Positions 21,030-30,142 of a DNA stretch of 64,000 bases are shown here, piece after piece. Each line of letters begins with the position of its first letter. Positions within the stretch are counted from its first letter, which is position 1. A model generated the notes under the pieces. That model ran no database searches and was not told where the DNA came from. It worked only from the letters and a program-made list of their open reading frames with translations. Source of the stretch: Chrysiogenales bacterium (lineage in GTDB: Bacteria > Acidobacteriota > Aminicenantia > UBA2199). A program made the translations under genes and the position numbers. The stretch lies in NCBI GenBank assembly GCA_963700535.1, contig CAVOXU010000014.1, positions 176,733 to 240,732 of the forward strand. The letters are read 5' to 3'.

Positions 21030-21400
21030 ACAAGGATTTCAAGCAAACTTCCCGGTCGGGTTCGCTTCCCTGGCTGTTGCAGCGCATTTCCGCGGTCATT
21101 CTGTTCGTTTTACTGCTGCTGCATTTCATCACCTATCATTTCCTGTCCAAGGGCCGGGCCGTGAACTATCAGGAGATCGTGGCCAAGGCCGGCAGCTGGT
21201 GGTTCCCGCTGCTGCAGTTCGCCTTCCTGCTCACGGCGCTGTATCACGGCCTTAACGGGGTCTGGTCGGTCCTGGAAGACTACACGGCCAACAAATTCTG
21301 GCGCCTGGTCTGGTATGGACTTTTGCTTACGGTCGGAGCGGTGCTTTTGTTCGTCGGTACCCTGACCATCATCAAGCTCTACACCCTGCCGGTCGCATAA
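21026..21400 (+). CDS. sdhD: Succinate dehydrogenase membrane anchor subunit
   Basis: The ATG at 21026 overlaps the sdhC stop (ATGA). Motifs are LLQRISAVILFVLLLLHF and ALYHGLNGVWSVLEDY. Confidence 0.8.
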   Translation: MNKDFKQTSRSGSLPWLLQRISAVILFVLLLLHFITYHFLSKGRAVNYQEIVAKAGSWWFPLLQFAFLLTALYHGLNGVWSVLEDYTANKFWRLVWYGLLLTVGAVLLFVGTLTIIKLYTLPVA

Positions 21401-21412
21401 AGGAGTGACACC

Positions 21413-23146
21413 ATGAAAATCGCTGAAGCAAGGAATTACCATAAAATTGACGCCGTGATCGTCGGCGCCGGCCTGGCAGGTCTGCGCGCCGCCCTGGAAG
21501 TCGCCAAGAGCGGCTTGTCGGCGGCAGTGATCAGCAAGGTATATCCGACCCGCTCCCATTCGGGCGGCGCCCAGGGGGGCATTGCCGCCGCCCTGGCCAA
21601 CGCCAGTGAAGATTCCCTGGAATCGCATATGTTCGACACCATCAAGGGCAGTGATTACCTGGCTGACCAGGATATTATCGAGCGCTTCGTCAACGAAGCG
21701 ATCAAAACCGTGTACGAGTTCGAGCACATGGGCGTCCCCTTCTCGCGCACCGAGGACGGCCGCATCAACCAGCGCCCTTTCGGCGGCCATTCTTCACCGC
21801 GAGCCTGTTTCGCCCAGGATGTCACCGGCCACGTTCTGCTGCACACCCTCTACGAGCAGTGTCTGCAGCACAATGTCCTCTTTTTCAACGAATTCCAGGT
21901 GTTGTCGCTGCTGGTCAGCGAGGACGTATCCAGGGGGCTGGTGGCCTGGGATATCCGCGATGGCGGCCTGCATATTTTCCATGCCCGCGCTGTTTTGCTG
22001 GCCACCGGCGGCTATGGCCGGGCCTTTAAGATCACTTCCAACGCCCACGCCAACACCGGGGACGGCGTGGCCCTGGTGCTTGAAGCTGGCCTGCCGCTGG
22101 AGGATATGGAATTCGTCCAGTTCCATCCGACCGGACTCTACAAGCACGGCATCCTGCTTTCCGAGGCCGCCCGCGGCGAGGGCGCTTACATCCTTAACGA
22201 CAAGGGCGAGCGCTTCATGAAAATTTACGCCGCGGCAAAAATGGAGTTGGCGCCGCGCGACGTGGTCTCGCGGGCTGAACAGACCGAGATCAAGGAAGGC
22301 CGGGGCATCGGCGGCAAGGATTATGTCTACCTCGACCTGCGCCACCTGGGCAGGGAAAAGATCTTGCAGCGCCTGCCGCAGATCTATGACCTGGCCCTGA
22401 ATTACCTGAAGGTCGATGCCATAAAGGAAGCCGTTCCCATTCAGCCCACGGCCCATTATTCCATGGGCGGCATCCCGGCCAACGTGCGCACCGAAGTCAT
22501 CAAGGATGCCGCGGGCACTGTTGTCAAGGGCCTTTACACAGCCGGCGAGACCTCCTGCCTGTCATTGCACGGCGCCAACCGCCTGGGCACCAATTCCCTG
22601 CAGGACGCGGCCACTTTCGGCCGCATCGCCGGCATCCACATGACCGAGTTCTGCCGGGAAAACCAATTTTCCGGACTTCCGGCCCAGCCGCTGGAGGTTG
22701 CCCAGGGCAAGATAGACCGGCTGTGGAACGGGCAGGGCAAGGAAAGGCACGCCCCGATCCGTGAGAAACTGCAGGAGAACATGACCAGGTATCTTGGTGT
22801 TTTCCGCAACCAGGATGACATGCTGAAAATGCTGGCCATTATCAAGGAACTGCAGGAGCGCTACCGGCAAGTTAGCGTGGACGATCACGGTGATGCCTTC
22901 AACCTTGACCTGATCGAGGCCCTTGAGCTGGAAAACCTGCTGAGTTTCTCGGAAGTGATCGTCGAGGGGGCCTTGGCCCGCCAGGAGTCGCGCGGCGCCC
23001 ATTTCCGCAATGATTTCCCCAAGCGCAACGACGGCGAGTGGCTGAAGCATACGCTGGCCTGGCGCCGTGACGGCAAGATCGTTCTGGATTTCAGCAAAGG
23101 GGTGGTCATTTACCCGCAGTACCAGCCCCAGGAAAGGAAATACTAA
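21413..23146 (+). CDS. sdhA: Succinate dehydrogenase / fumarate reductase flavoprotein subunit
   Basis: Motifs are [31 protein letters not shown] and [13 protein letters not shown]. Confidence 0.95.
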   Translation: MKIAEARNYHKIDAVIVGAGLAGLRAALEVAKSGLSAAVISKVYPTRSHSGGAQGGIAAALANASEDSLESHMFDTIKGSDYLADQDIIERFVNEAIKTVYEFEHMGVPFSRTEDGRINQRPFGGHSSPRACFAQDVTGHVLLHTLYEQCLQHNVLFFNEFQVLSLLVSEDVSRGLVAWDIRDGGLHIFHARAVLLATGGYGRAFKITSNAHANTGDGVALVLEAGLPLEDMEFVQFHPTGLYKHGILLSEAARGEGAYILNDKGERFMKIYAAAKMELAPRDVVSRAEQTEIKEGRGIGGKDYVYLDLRHLGREKILQRLPQIYDLALNYLKVDAIKEAVPIQPTAHYSMGGIPANVRTEVIKDAAGTVVKGLYTAGETSCLSLHGANRLGTNSLQDAATFGRIAGIHMTEFCRENQFSGLPAQPLEVAQGKIDRLWNGQGKERHAPIREKLQENMTRYLGVFRNQDDMLKMLAIIKELQERYRQVSVDDHGDAFNLDLIEALELENLLSFSEVIVEGALARQESRGAHFRNDFPKRNDGEWLKHTLAWRRDGKIVLDFSKGVVIYPQYQPQERKY

Positions 23147-23159
23147 GGAGGATGCAGCA

Positions 23160-23867
23160 ATGGCCATGATTGATATCAGTGTTAAAATATTGAGATACCA
23201 GCCGGGAAAGGACGAGAAGCCGCATTGGCAGGTGTTCAACATCGCGGTCGAAGACGAATCAACTATTCTCGATGTGCTCAACGAGATCCACTGGCAGCAC
23301 GACGGCACCCTGGCCTACCGCCGCTCCTGCCGCAGTTCCATCTGCGGCTCCTGTGCCATGAAGGTCAACGGCCGCAACGTGCTGGCCTGCGAAACGCCGA
23401 TCCACCGCTTCGGCACCAAGCTGAAGATCGAACCGCTGTCCGGCTTCGATATCATCAAGGATCTGGCGGTCGACCTGGAGCCTTTCTTCGCCAAGCTGAA
23501 ACGGATCAAGCCCTACCTGATCCTGGACAAGCCCGCTCCCGACAAGGAGTTCGTCCAATCACCGGAGCAGCTTGAGCAGATCGGCGAATCGACCCTGTGC
23601 ATCCTCTGCGCAGCCTGCAGCGCCGCTTGCCCCAGCTCGTGGCCCAACAGCGAGTACCTGGGCCCGGCCGCCCTGCTTAAAGCCTATCGCTTCATCTTCG
23701 ACAGCCGCGACGACGGCGCCGACCAGCGCATCGAGATCGTCAACGACAAGAACGGCGTCTGGCGCTGCCACACCATCTTCAATTGCGTGGAGGCCTGCCC
23801 CAAGAAGATCCAGATCACGGAATATCTGTCGCGCCTGAAGGTCAAGGTGGTGGAGAATTCGTTGTAA
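23160..23867 (+). CDS. sdhB: Succinate dehydrogenase / fumarate reductase iron-sulfur subunit
   Basis: The ATG at 23160 follows AAGGAGG. Cluster motifs are CRSSICGSCAMKVNG, CILCAACSAACP and CHTIFNCVEACP. Confidence 0.95.
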   Translation: MAMIDISVKILRYQPGKDEKPHWQVFNIAVEDESTILDVLNEIHWQHDGTLAYRRSCRSSICGSCAMKVNGRNVLACETPIHRFGTKLKIEPLSGFDIIKDLAVDLEPFFAKLKRIKPYLILDKPAPDKEFVQSPEQLEQIGESTLCILCAACSAACPSSWPNSEYLGPAALLKAYRFIFDSRDDGADQRIEIVNDKNGVWRCHTIFNCVEACPKKIQITEYLSRLKVKVVENSL

Positions 23868-23880
23868 TTTTGATTTTAAT

Positions 23881-23927
23881 GTAGGGGAGGGTTCGCGCCC
23901 CCTTCAGGGGGACAAACCCTCCCTTAC
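23881..23927. repeat. Compound REP-like palindromic element
   Basis: In gtaggggagggttcgcgcccccttcagggggacaaaccctcccttac, a 13-bp outer stem encloses an inner ccccc/ggggg hairpin. A near copy lies at 25741-25787 and a partial inverted copy at 62088-62112. Confidence 0.7.
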
Positions 23928-23960
23928 ATAACATAAGAACAAAGAATTTATGGAGGATAT

Positions 23961-24682
23961 ATGTATAAGGTCATAAGATTTTTATTGATTATTTTTTTGC
24001 TGAGCCCGGGTTTTGTCCTGATCGGCGACCAGATGCCCGATCCCGACACCGAAAGCACGGTTCCGGAATTGATCGATTTCCATGACATCATTTATCCCAT
24101 CTGGCACACCGCCTTCCCGGCCAAGGATTACCAGGCCCTGCGCGGTTTTCTGCCCGAGATCGAGGCCGGAATGGCCAGGATCAACGCCGCTGTCCTGCCC
24201 GGCATCCTGCGCGACAAGAAGCAGGTATGGGAGTCCGGCCTGGCCGAGTTCAACGGGGCCGTGGACGCCTACAGGAAAGCCGCCGCCGGCACGGACGACC
24301 AGGCGCTCCTCGATGCCGCCGAACTGCTGCACATGCGCTTCGAGATGCAGGTGCGTGCCATCCGCCCGGTGGCCAGGGAAGTCGACGCCTATCACAAGGT
24401 CCTCTATGTCGTCTATCCACAAGTATTTGCCCGAAAAAAAATACGCCGAGATCGCCGGCGTGGCCGCCGACATGGTGGCCAAGGCCGAAGCTGTCTGCAA
24501 GGCCACGCTTTCCAAGCGTTTGGCCGCCAAGACCGAGGCTTTCCAGGCCGCGGCCGCCAAATTGCTCACCGAGACCAAGGCCCTGGAAGCGGCCGGAAAA
24601 GCGGGACTGGATAAGGATATTCCTCATCTTGGTCGACAAAGTGCACAGCGCCTACCAGGCCCTGGAAAAGGTGTTCGATTAG
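23961..24682 (+). CDS. Exported helical protein of unknown function with an internal duplication; two apparent frameshifts (near 24418 and 24622)
   Basis: It has a signal-like N-terminus (MYKVIRFLLIIFLLSPGFVLIG). ORFs 23961.., 24082.. and 24227..24682 join as ...AYHKVLYVVYHKYLPEKKYAEIAG...GLDKDILILVDKVHSAYQALEKVFD. Confidence 0.5.
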
Positions 24683-24693
24683 ATTTTTCTGAT

Positions 24694-24718
24694 GTAGGGC
24701 AGGGTCTGTGACCCTGCC
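24694..24718. repeat. REP-like hairpin
   Basis: The sequence gtagggcagggtctgtgaccctgcc forms a 9-bp stem. Confidence 0.5.
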
Positions 24719-24742
24719 GCTGAAGATTTGAATTTTAAGAAT

Positions 24743-24766
24743 GGGCGGGTCACAAACCCTTGATGT
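24743..24766. repeat. Degenerate REP-like element
   Basis: Compare gggcgggtcacaaacccttgatgt with gggcgggttgcaaacccgcccctacgt at 25810. Confidence 0.4.
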
Positions 24767-24775
24767 GAAGCAGGA

Positions 24776-24804
24776 TTGCTATTTCGGTGCAAGCTTCATA
24801 AAAT
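24776..24804 (+). promoter_or_regulatory. Sigma-70-type promoter of nudC; probably a leaderless transcript
   Basis: The layout is TTGCTA, a 17-nt spacer, then TAAAAT. The ATG at 24811 lies 6 nt after the -10 and has no Shine-Dalgarno sequence. Confidence 0.45.
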
Positions 24805-24810
24805 CCAATC

Positions 24811-25725
24811 ATGAAGAAAATTGATTTTCCTGTGCGCTTGAATCCTGAACATGCCGCCAAGAACGGCCTGATCCTGCCTTCGTCCTTTACTCCGCTCTGG
24901 GACCCGCCGGCCGATGTTGTCCCCCGCGGTTTTTGGTTCGTTTTTCGCGCCGGGAAATTGCTCGTGACCACTTCCGCCGGATTAGCGGATCCACTCGGGA
25001 TCGCCATGGGCGAACGACCTCCGCTGCCGGTAATGGACCGGCTTTTTATCGGCATGCTCGATGGCGTTGCCTGTTGGGCCGCGAGCTGTAATGATATCGA
25101 GCCACCGGCCGGCTTTGCCTTCGAGACGCTGCGCGGCCTCTTTAACCATCTCCCGGACAATCTCCTTGGCATCGCCGGGCGAGGGTTGCAAGTTGTCGAG
25201 TTCCATCGCACTCATCGTCACTGCGGCGTGTGCGCGGCACCGACCGCAGTCGACGATTTCGGGCGCGCCCGCCGCTGCCAGGCCTGCGGCGAGATCACCT
25301 ATCCGCGTATCGCGCCAGCCATGATGGTCCTTGTCAAGCGCGACACCGGCCATGGCCGCGAGCTGCTGCTGGCAAAAGGGGCGCGCTTCGCGACAATCTA
25401 CAGCGCGCTGGCAGGCTTCGTCGAGCCTTCGGAGTCGGTAGAAGATTGCGTCCATCGTGAGACCTTTGAAGAAGTGGGTGTTCGTGTCTGCAACCTGCGC
25501 TATTTCGGAAGCCAGGGCTGGCCGTTCCCCCACTCGCTGATGATCGCCTTTACGGCCGACCACGAAGGCGGGGACATCGCCTGCGAGGCCGGAGAGATAG
25601 TGGATGCGCAGTGGTTCCCGCTCGACAATTTACCGGAGCTGCCCAGTCGGTTCTCGATCGCGCGGCGGCTGATCAATGCCGCGATCGCCGAAGTTGCACC
25701 GGACCATCCGCTGCTCCAAAGGTAA
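24811..25725 (+). CDS. nudC: NAD-capped RNA hydrolase / NADH pyrophosphatase
   Basis: It has a zinc ribbon (HRHCGVCAAPT...RRCQACGEITYPRIAPAMMVLV) and a Nudix box (GFVEPSESVEDCVHRETFEEVGV). Confidence 0.85.
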   Translation: MKKIDFPVRLNPEHAAKNGLILPSSFTPLWDPPADVVPRGFWFVFRAGKLLVTTSAGLADPLGIAMGERPPLPVMDRLFIGMLDGVACWAASCNDIEPPAGFAFETLRGLFNHLPDNLLGIAGRGLQVVEFHRTHRHCGVCAAPTAVDDFGRARRCQACGEITYPRIAPAMMVLVKRDTGHGRELLLAKGARFATIYSALAGFVEPSESVEDCVHRETFEEVGVRVCNLRYFGSQGWPFPHSLMIAFTADHEGGDIACEAGEIVDAQWFPLDNLPELPSRFSIARRLINAAIAEVAPDHPLLQR

Positions 25726-25740
25726 TGTCCTGTGGTTTTC

Positions 25741-25787
25741 ACGTAGGGGTGGGTTGGCGCCCCCTTCAGGGGGGCAAATCCTCCCGG
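25741..25787. repeat. Compound REP-like element (copy of 23881-23927)
   Basis: The sequence is acgtaggggtgggttggcgcccccttcaggggggcaaatcctcccgg. Confidence 0.65.
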
Positions 25788-25809
25788 ATATGACCGTGGG
25801 TTGAGGAAC

Positions 25810-25836
25810 GGGCGGGTTGCAAACCCGCCCCTACGT
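25810..25836. repeat. REP-like hairpin with a CTACGT tail
   Basis: The sequence gggcgggttgcaaacccgcccctacgt forms a 9-bp stem. Its tail is complementary to the acgtagggg at 25741. Confidence 0.65.
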
Positions 25837-25894
25837 TAGATCTGGATTTCTTTGCGCAGGCCCGGAGGCCTGCCCTTATCAAAACGCTTTTTGT

Positions 25895-28071
25895 TTACAG
25901 GTGCTTCTTGACCAGCTCGATCACCTCGGGCAGGTCCATGCCGATCTTTTTGCAGGTGCTCGACCGTGGGCACGCCGTCTTTTGACCAGCCGCGGCGCTT
26001 GAACACGGCGTCGATCAGGCTTTCGTACTGCTGCTTCGCGGTACTGGCGCAGCAGCTTGATCTTCTCCTCGGTGCTCTTGCCCTGCGGGTTGATGTTCTG
26101 TTTTTCCTGCAGCGCCTTGTCGTAGCGCTCGGCGCGCGACTCGTATTCCTCGACCGTGACCGGCCCCATGGCGCGGTAGGGCGGGTGATCCTCGGGACGC
26201 TTGCCGTGGCCCATCTTGAGGTTGAAGACGCGCTGGAAATTGTATACGCGCTCCGACTGCAGCATCAATTCCTTTTTATCGATCTTCTCGCCGGTGATGG
26301 CGTTGTAGACATCGACATAGTTCTGCACGTGCTCGGGCACCTTGTTGGGCTCGTCCTGCTCGGCGTTGTCGGCCGGCTCCACGTCGTTCCAGGGCAGCTT
26401 GCACAAGCCCTGCAGGCCGAACCAGGTGCGGAACACCGGGAAATAGTGCAGGGCCTCGGCCTTCTTTTCGAAGGTGGGGATCTGGTTGTTGACCATGTCC
26501 ATGAAGATCAGCCAGGCCTCGTCGTGCTGCGGGCCCTTGTTGGTCAGGTAGTAGCCGCCCTGCTGGGCCAGCGATTCCTTGGACTGGTATTCCGACTGCT
26601 CGAGCCCCTTGCCGTGCATGCCGATGTCTTTCAGGAACTGGGCGTCGGCGCCGTACTCCCTGGCAAAATATTCCTGCATGTACTTGACGCCCTTGCCGGC
26701 GACCAGGCCGAAGCCCTGGCCGCGGGCGATCTGGTGCATCATTTCCAGGGCCGCCTGCCAGTTGCCCCAGGTCATCTCCAGACCGCCGGTGCGCTCCTTG
26801 TTGAGGATGCCGTTTTCGTAACAATCCATGATGAAGCCGGTCAGGGTGCCGAAGGAGATGGTGTCGAGGCCGTAGGTGTCGCAGTAGAAGTTGATCTCCA
26901 GCACGGCCTCGGGGTCGAAGATGGCCGGGTTGGAACCGCAGCCGCCCACCGTCTCGTATTCCGGGCCGTCGACCAGGACCTTGTGCCCCTTGTAGGGCCC
27001 GGTCTTCAACTCGAAATTGTCCACGCCGTGGGCGCAGGACATGGTGCAGCCATACCAGCAGCCGTCGGGGACGTTCTGGGTGAAGTATTTTTTCCATACC
27101 CACGAGGCCAGCTTGACGGCATCGGGGTGGCTGCCGAAACGGAAATTTTTCACTGGCAGCAGGTCATAATCGTTCATGATCTCGACCAGGTGGGCGGTGC
27201 CGATGGTGCGCATCTGGCACTGCTTGTCGTCCAGGCTGATGATCTCCTTGTGCAGCTTCAGGCCGGTCTTCTGCAGGGTCTCCAGGTCGTCCGGGTTGTT
27301 GGACTTGCCGGTCAGGCCGGAATACTTGACTACCAATGCCTTGATCTTCTTGTTGCGGAACACGGTGCCGATGCCGCCGCGTCCAGCCTGTTTCAGGCGC
27401 GGCAGCTTGCGGCGCTTATCCCAGTAGGAAAAGTTCAGGCAGCCGATCCAGGCATGCTCGGAACCGCGGCCGGCCGAGACCACCGATACGTGCTGCTTTT
27501 CGCGTTCGTTGGCGGCGTACATCTCGTGCAGCTGCTCGGCCAGCACGTGCGAATCCATGGCCTCCAGCGGCGCCTCGAAAATCTGGATCTTGCCCTGGTT
27601 GCCGTCGATATAAATAATGACATCGCGGTCAGACTTGTCCTGGATCTCCATGGCGTCGAATCCGGAGAATTTCAAATAGGGGCCGAAGTGGCCGCCGACA
27701 TTGCTGTCGATGGGGATGTCGGTCTGGGGCGAGATGGTGGTGACGAGCGACTTGCCCGAACCGGGGTAGTTGGTGTTGCCGGCGATGGGCCCGGTGGCGA
27801 TGCAGATCTCGTTTTCCGGGCTGTCCCAGCGCGTGCTGCCGTTGACCGCGTCCCAGAGCAGCTTGAGGTCAAAGCCCTTGCCGCCGATAAATTTCTTCTT
27901 CATTGCCGCCGGCACCGGTTTTTCCTTTATTTCCAGCGTGGCCAGGTTGATGTACAGAGTGCGGTCGTTGTAGCCTTTGACCACCGGCTTCAGTTCGTAG
28001 CTGAATTCCTTCAGGATTTTATGGGCTTTTCTGAACTTTTCAATATCGTACTTGGCTTGGTTGGCACTCAT
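25895..28071 (-). CDS. aor: Aldehyde:ferredoxin oxidoreductase (tungsto/molybdopterin AOR family); two apparent frameshifts near the 3-prime end (about 26033 and about 25949)
   Basis: ORF 25921..28071 contains GGKGFDLKLLW, GPEYETVGGCGSNPAI and DTISFG. After LLRQYRE the adjacent frames read QQYESLIDAVFKRRGWSKDGVPTVEHLQK and then IGMDLPEVIELVKKHL, with the stop at 25895-25897. Confidence 0.9.
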
Positions 28072-28074
28072 GGT

Positions 28075-28467
28075 TCAATCCTCCTTGACTTCGATTTTCA
28101 GGGCGCCGGTCGGGCATTGCTTGGCGCAGGCTTCGCAGGCGATGCATTTGAAAGGGACCAGGCCGCCGCGATAGGTCATCATGACATCTGTGGGGCAGGC
28201 GGCAACGCAGGCCAGGCAGTTGATGCACAGGGTCTTGTTGATCATGACCACTCCCAGTTTGTTAACCGTGATGGCCGCTGTCGGGCATTCGGCGACGCAG
28301 ATCCGGCACTGGTTGCACACGCTCAGCGCAAAAGAGCTCTTGCCGGCGGCAGACACTTTGATGGCCGATTTTTCCGGATCGTCGACCTTGAAGTAAAGCT
28401 GCGAACACACGCTCATGCAGGTGTTGCAGCCGTTGCATTTTTCGGGAAAGGTTTGTAAGTATTTCAT
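28075..28467 (-). CDS. Polyferredoxin with multiple [4Fe-4S] cluster motifs; AOR partner
   Basis: Cysteine motifs are CNGCNTCMSVC, CNQCRICVAECP, CINCLACVAACP and CIACEACAKQCP. The stop is 3 nt before the aor start. Confidence 0.9.
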   Translation of the reverse strand: MKYLQTFPEKCNGCNTCMSVCSQLYFKVDDPEKSAIKVSAAGKSSFALSVCNQCRICVAECPTAAITVNKLGVVMINKTLCINCLACVAACPTDVMMTYRGGLVPFKCIACEACAKQCPTGALKIEVKED

Positions 28468-28483
28468 GCGGTTCTGCGACCTC

Positions 28484-28648
28484 CTATTTTTTTTCCGCTT
28501 GCAGCGTAATCTCGATTTTCTCTAAAGGCTGCGGTATCTTGTCCAGGGCTTGCACTGCCCCCAGCACAACGTTGCCGATGATCTTTTTCACGAAAGGATT
28601 CAGGGCAATGATCGTGTCGTTGACCTTTAGTTCAATGCTGTTTTTCAT
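28484..28648 (-). CDS. Small hypothetical protein (54 aa) between mobB and the ferredoxin gene
   Basis: This ORF is below the ORF-track size cutoff. My translation is MKNSIELKVNDTIIALNPFVKKIIGNVVLGAVQALDKIPQPLEKIEITLQAEKK. Its ATG overlaps the mobB 3-prime end by 17 nt, and its stop lies 16 nt before the ferredoxin ATG. Confidence 0.4.
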   Translation of the reverse strand: MKNSIELKVNDTIIALNPFVKKIIGNVVLGAVQALDKIPQPLEKIEITLQAEKK

Positions 28649-29123
28649 GATATTCCTCCATAAAAGCGCTGATGGCCGCGATCTGATCGGGATGGAAGCG
28701 CGGCGGCCGGCAGGGGGCGGCGGCGCTGCTGATCACGGCCGCCAATTTTTCCGGCGGAAATTTCATCGCCTTCTGCCGCTGCGGATCTTCCACTTCAATG
28801 ACCGGGATCCCGGGCGGACAGAAACCCTCCAGCAGTACAATGTCGTTTGGCCGCAGCTGCGCTTGCAATTCCGTCACCAGGTCCCGGGGATCAGCGAGCC
28901 GGGTCATGCGCAGCAATTCGTTTTCGGCCACCAGGTAAGCTTCGTCTGCTCCGGCCTTCAGGAAACGGGCAGTATCCTTGGCCTCTGGCTGCAGGGTATA
29001 GCCGGCCCGGGTGCTTTTAACGGCGATCACCCGCTTCCGGTTGGCTTTAAAGTTTTCAATAAGGCGGGTGATGAGTGTGGTTTTGCCGCTGCTTGACCAT
29101 CCGACGATTGCAAAAATCTTCAT
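28632..29123 (-). CDS. mobB: Molybdopterin-guanine dinucleotide biosynthesis adapter protein MobB
   Basis: The P-loop is MKIFAIVGWSSSGKTTLI. Length and context (pterin-cofactor enzyme operon) fit MobB. Confidence 0.85.
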   Translation of the reverse strand: MKIFAIVGWSSSGKTTLITRLIENFKANRKRVIAVKSTRAGYTLQPEAKDTARFLKAGADEAYLVAENELLRMTRLADPRDLVTELQAQLRPNDIVLLEGFCPPGIPVIEVEDPQRQKAMKFPPEKLAAVISSAAAPCRPPRFHPDQIAAISAFMEEYHEKQH

Positions 29124-29284
29124 GGGCCATAATCTTATTATAGATGGGCCGATTAGTCAATCTATCCAGCTTTTAAAAGCGGCTGTGCGTATCGCATGTC
29201 AACCGGTTCTTTCGGGACGTTATGGTGTCCAGAAAATGGCTAACCGGCAGCCGTTAACCGGCCGGGGCCGCTGGCCGGGAGCTG

Positions 29285-30082
29285 TTATTCTACTATATCG
29301 CCAGTGCTTTTTTGCTGACTGGAGGCTACGGTATCCTTGATGGTGAAAACGCCGTCGCTGCGATCACTGTTCTTCTGGAGGTCGGCCATAGAAAGTTTTC
29401 CGGCCTTGACTCCGTTCAGGGCATCCTTGTCCATGGTCGGATGCACGCGCCATTGGATCTGGATGCGGTAATTGCCGCCGGCGCCATAAGCCATGCCGTT
29501 GAGCAGGGAATTGCCGATATGCCAACTGTAGCGGAAACTGGTGGCCGGAAGATTCTCGGCGATGAGGCCGAGCGGCAGGTCATCTTTCACCAGGGTCAGG
29601 CTGACAAAGCCATCTTTGCCTGCAAATGACCAGTTGATATCGTAGTTCACCCCTTTTTCCAGGATTTCGCCGCCATTGGGCGTCATCAGGGAGATGTTGG
29701 CAGCGGCCGGGACAATGCTGAAGGACGCATCGCTCAGGTCGTGGACCGAATCGTTTTCCATCAGCTCAATGATGATCTTGTAATTTTTATCCGGCTTGGC
29801 GAATGTCTTGTCCATCTTCTGCCCGGCCAGCCATTCAATGGAGCCTTGAGATACTTTGCTATAGGCGATGGGCCCGTAGTCCATCGTCCCTTCCAGGGCA
29901 ATCATGATGGTTTCATTGCCGGTCAATTTGCTGTAGGTCCAGGTGATCATTTGCGGCGTGCCGCTGACCAGGGTTTCTCCGCCGTTGGGGGCGAGCAGGG
30001 TAATCTTCTGGGCATAGGCGAGCCCCATGCAGATTATCACCATGATGGTTGTTAAAAACATTTTTTTCATCTTTTCCTCCAT
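29285..30082 (-). CDS. Secreted protein with two tandem GPI-anchored/Kre9-KNH-like beta-sandwich repeats
   Basis: A signal peptide (MKKMFLTTIMVIICMGLAYAQ) is followed by two repeats, starting KITLLAPNGGETLVSGTPQMITWTY and NISLMTPNGGEILEKGVNYDINWSF. Confidence 0.55.
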   Translation of the reverse strand: MEEKMKKMFLTTIMVIICMGLAYAQKITLLAPNGGETLVSGTPQMITWTYSKLTGNETIMIALEGTMDYGPIAYSKVSQGSIEWLAGQKMDKTFAKPDKNYKIIIELMENDSVHDLSDASFSIVPAAANISLMTPNGGEILEKGVNYDINWSFAGKDGFVSLTLVKDDLPLGLIAENLPATSFRYSWHIGNSLLNGMAYGAGGNYRIQIQWRVHPTMDKDALNGVKAGKLSMADLQKNSDRSDGVFTIKDTVASSQQKSTGDIVE

Positions 30083-30142
30083 TTGCCTATTATATATGAT
30101 TAAAAGAAAACATATCTCAGTATTTTTATCCTCAAAACAAAA

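Noticed and set aside
25966-28458. An 830-aa ORF on the plus strand
   Set aside because: It runs exactly antisense to aor plus the ferredoxin gene, both of which have clear family motifs. Its composition (Val/Ala/Gly/Leu/Asp/His-rich, no recognisable motif) is typical of a shadow ORF in GC-rich coding DNA.
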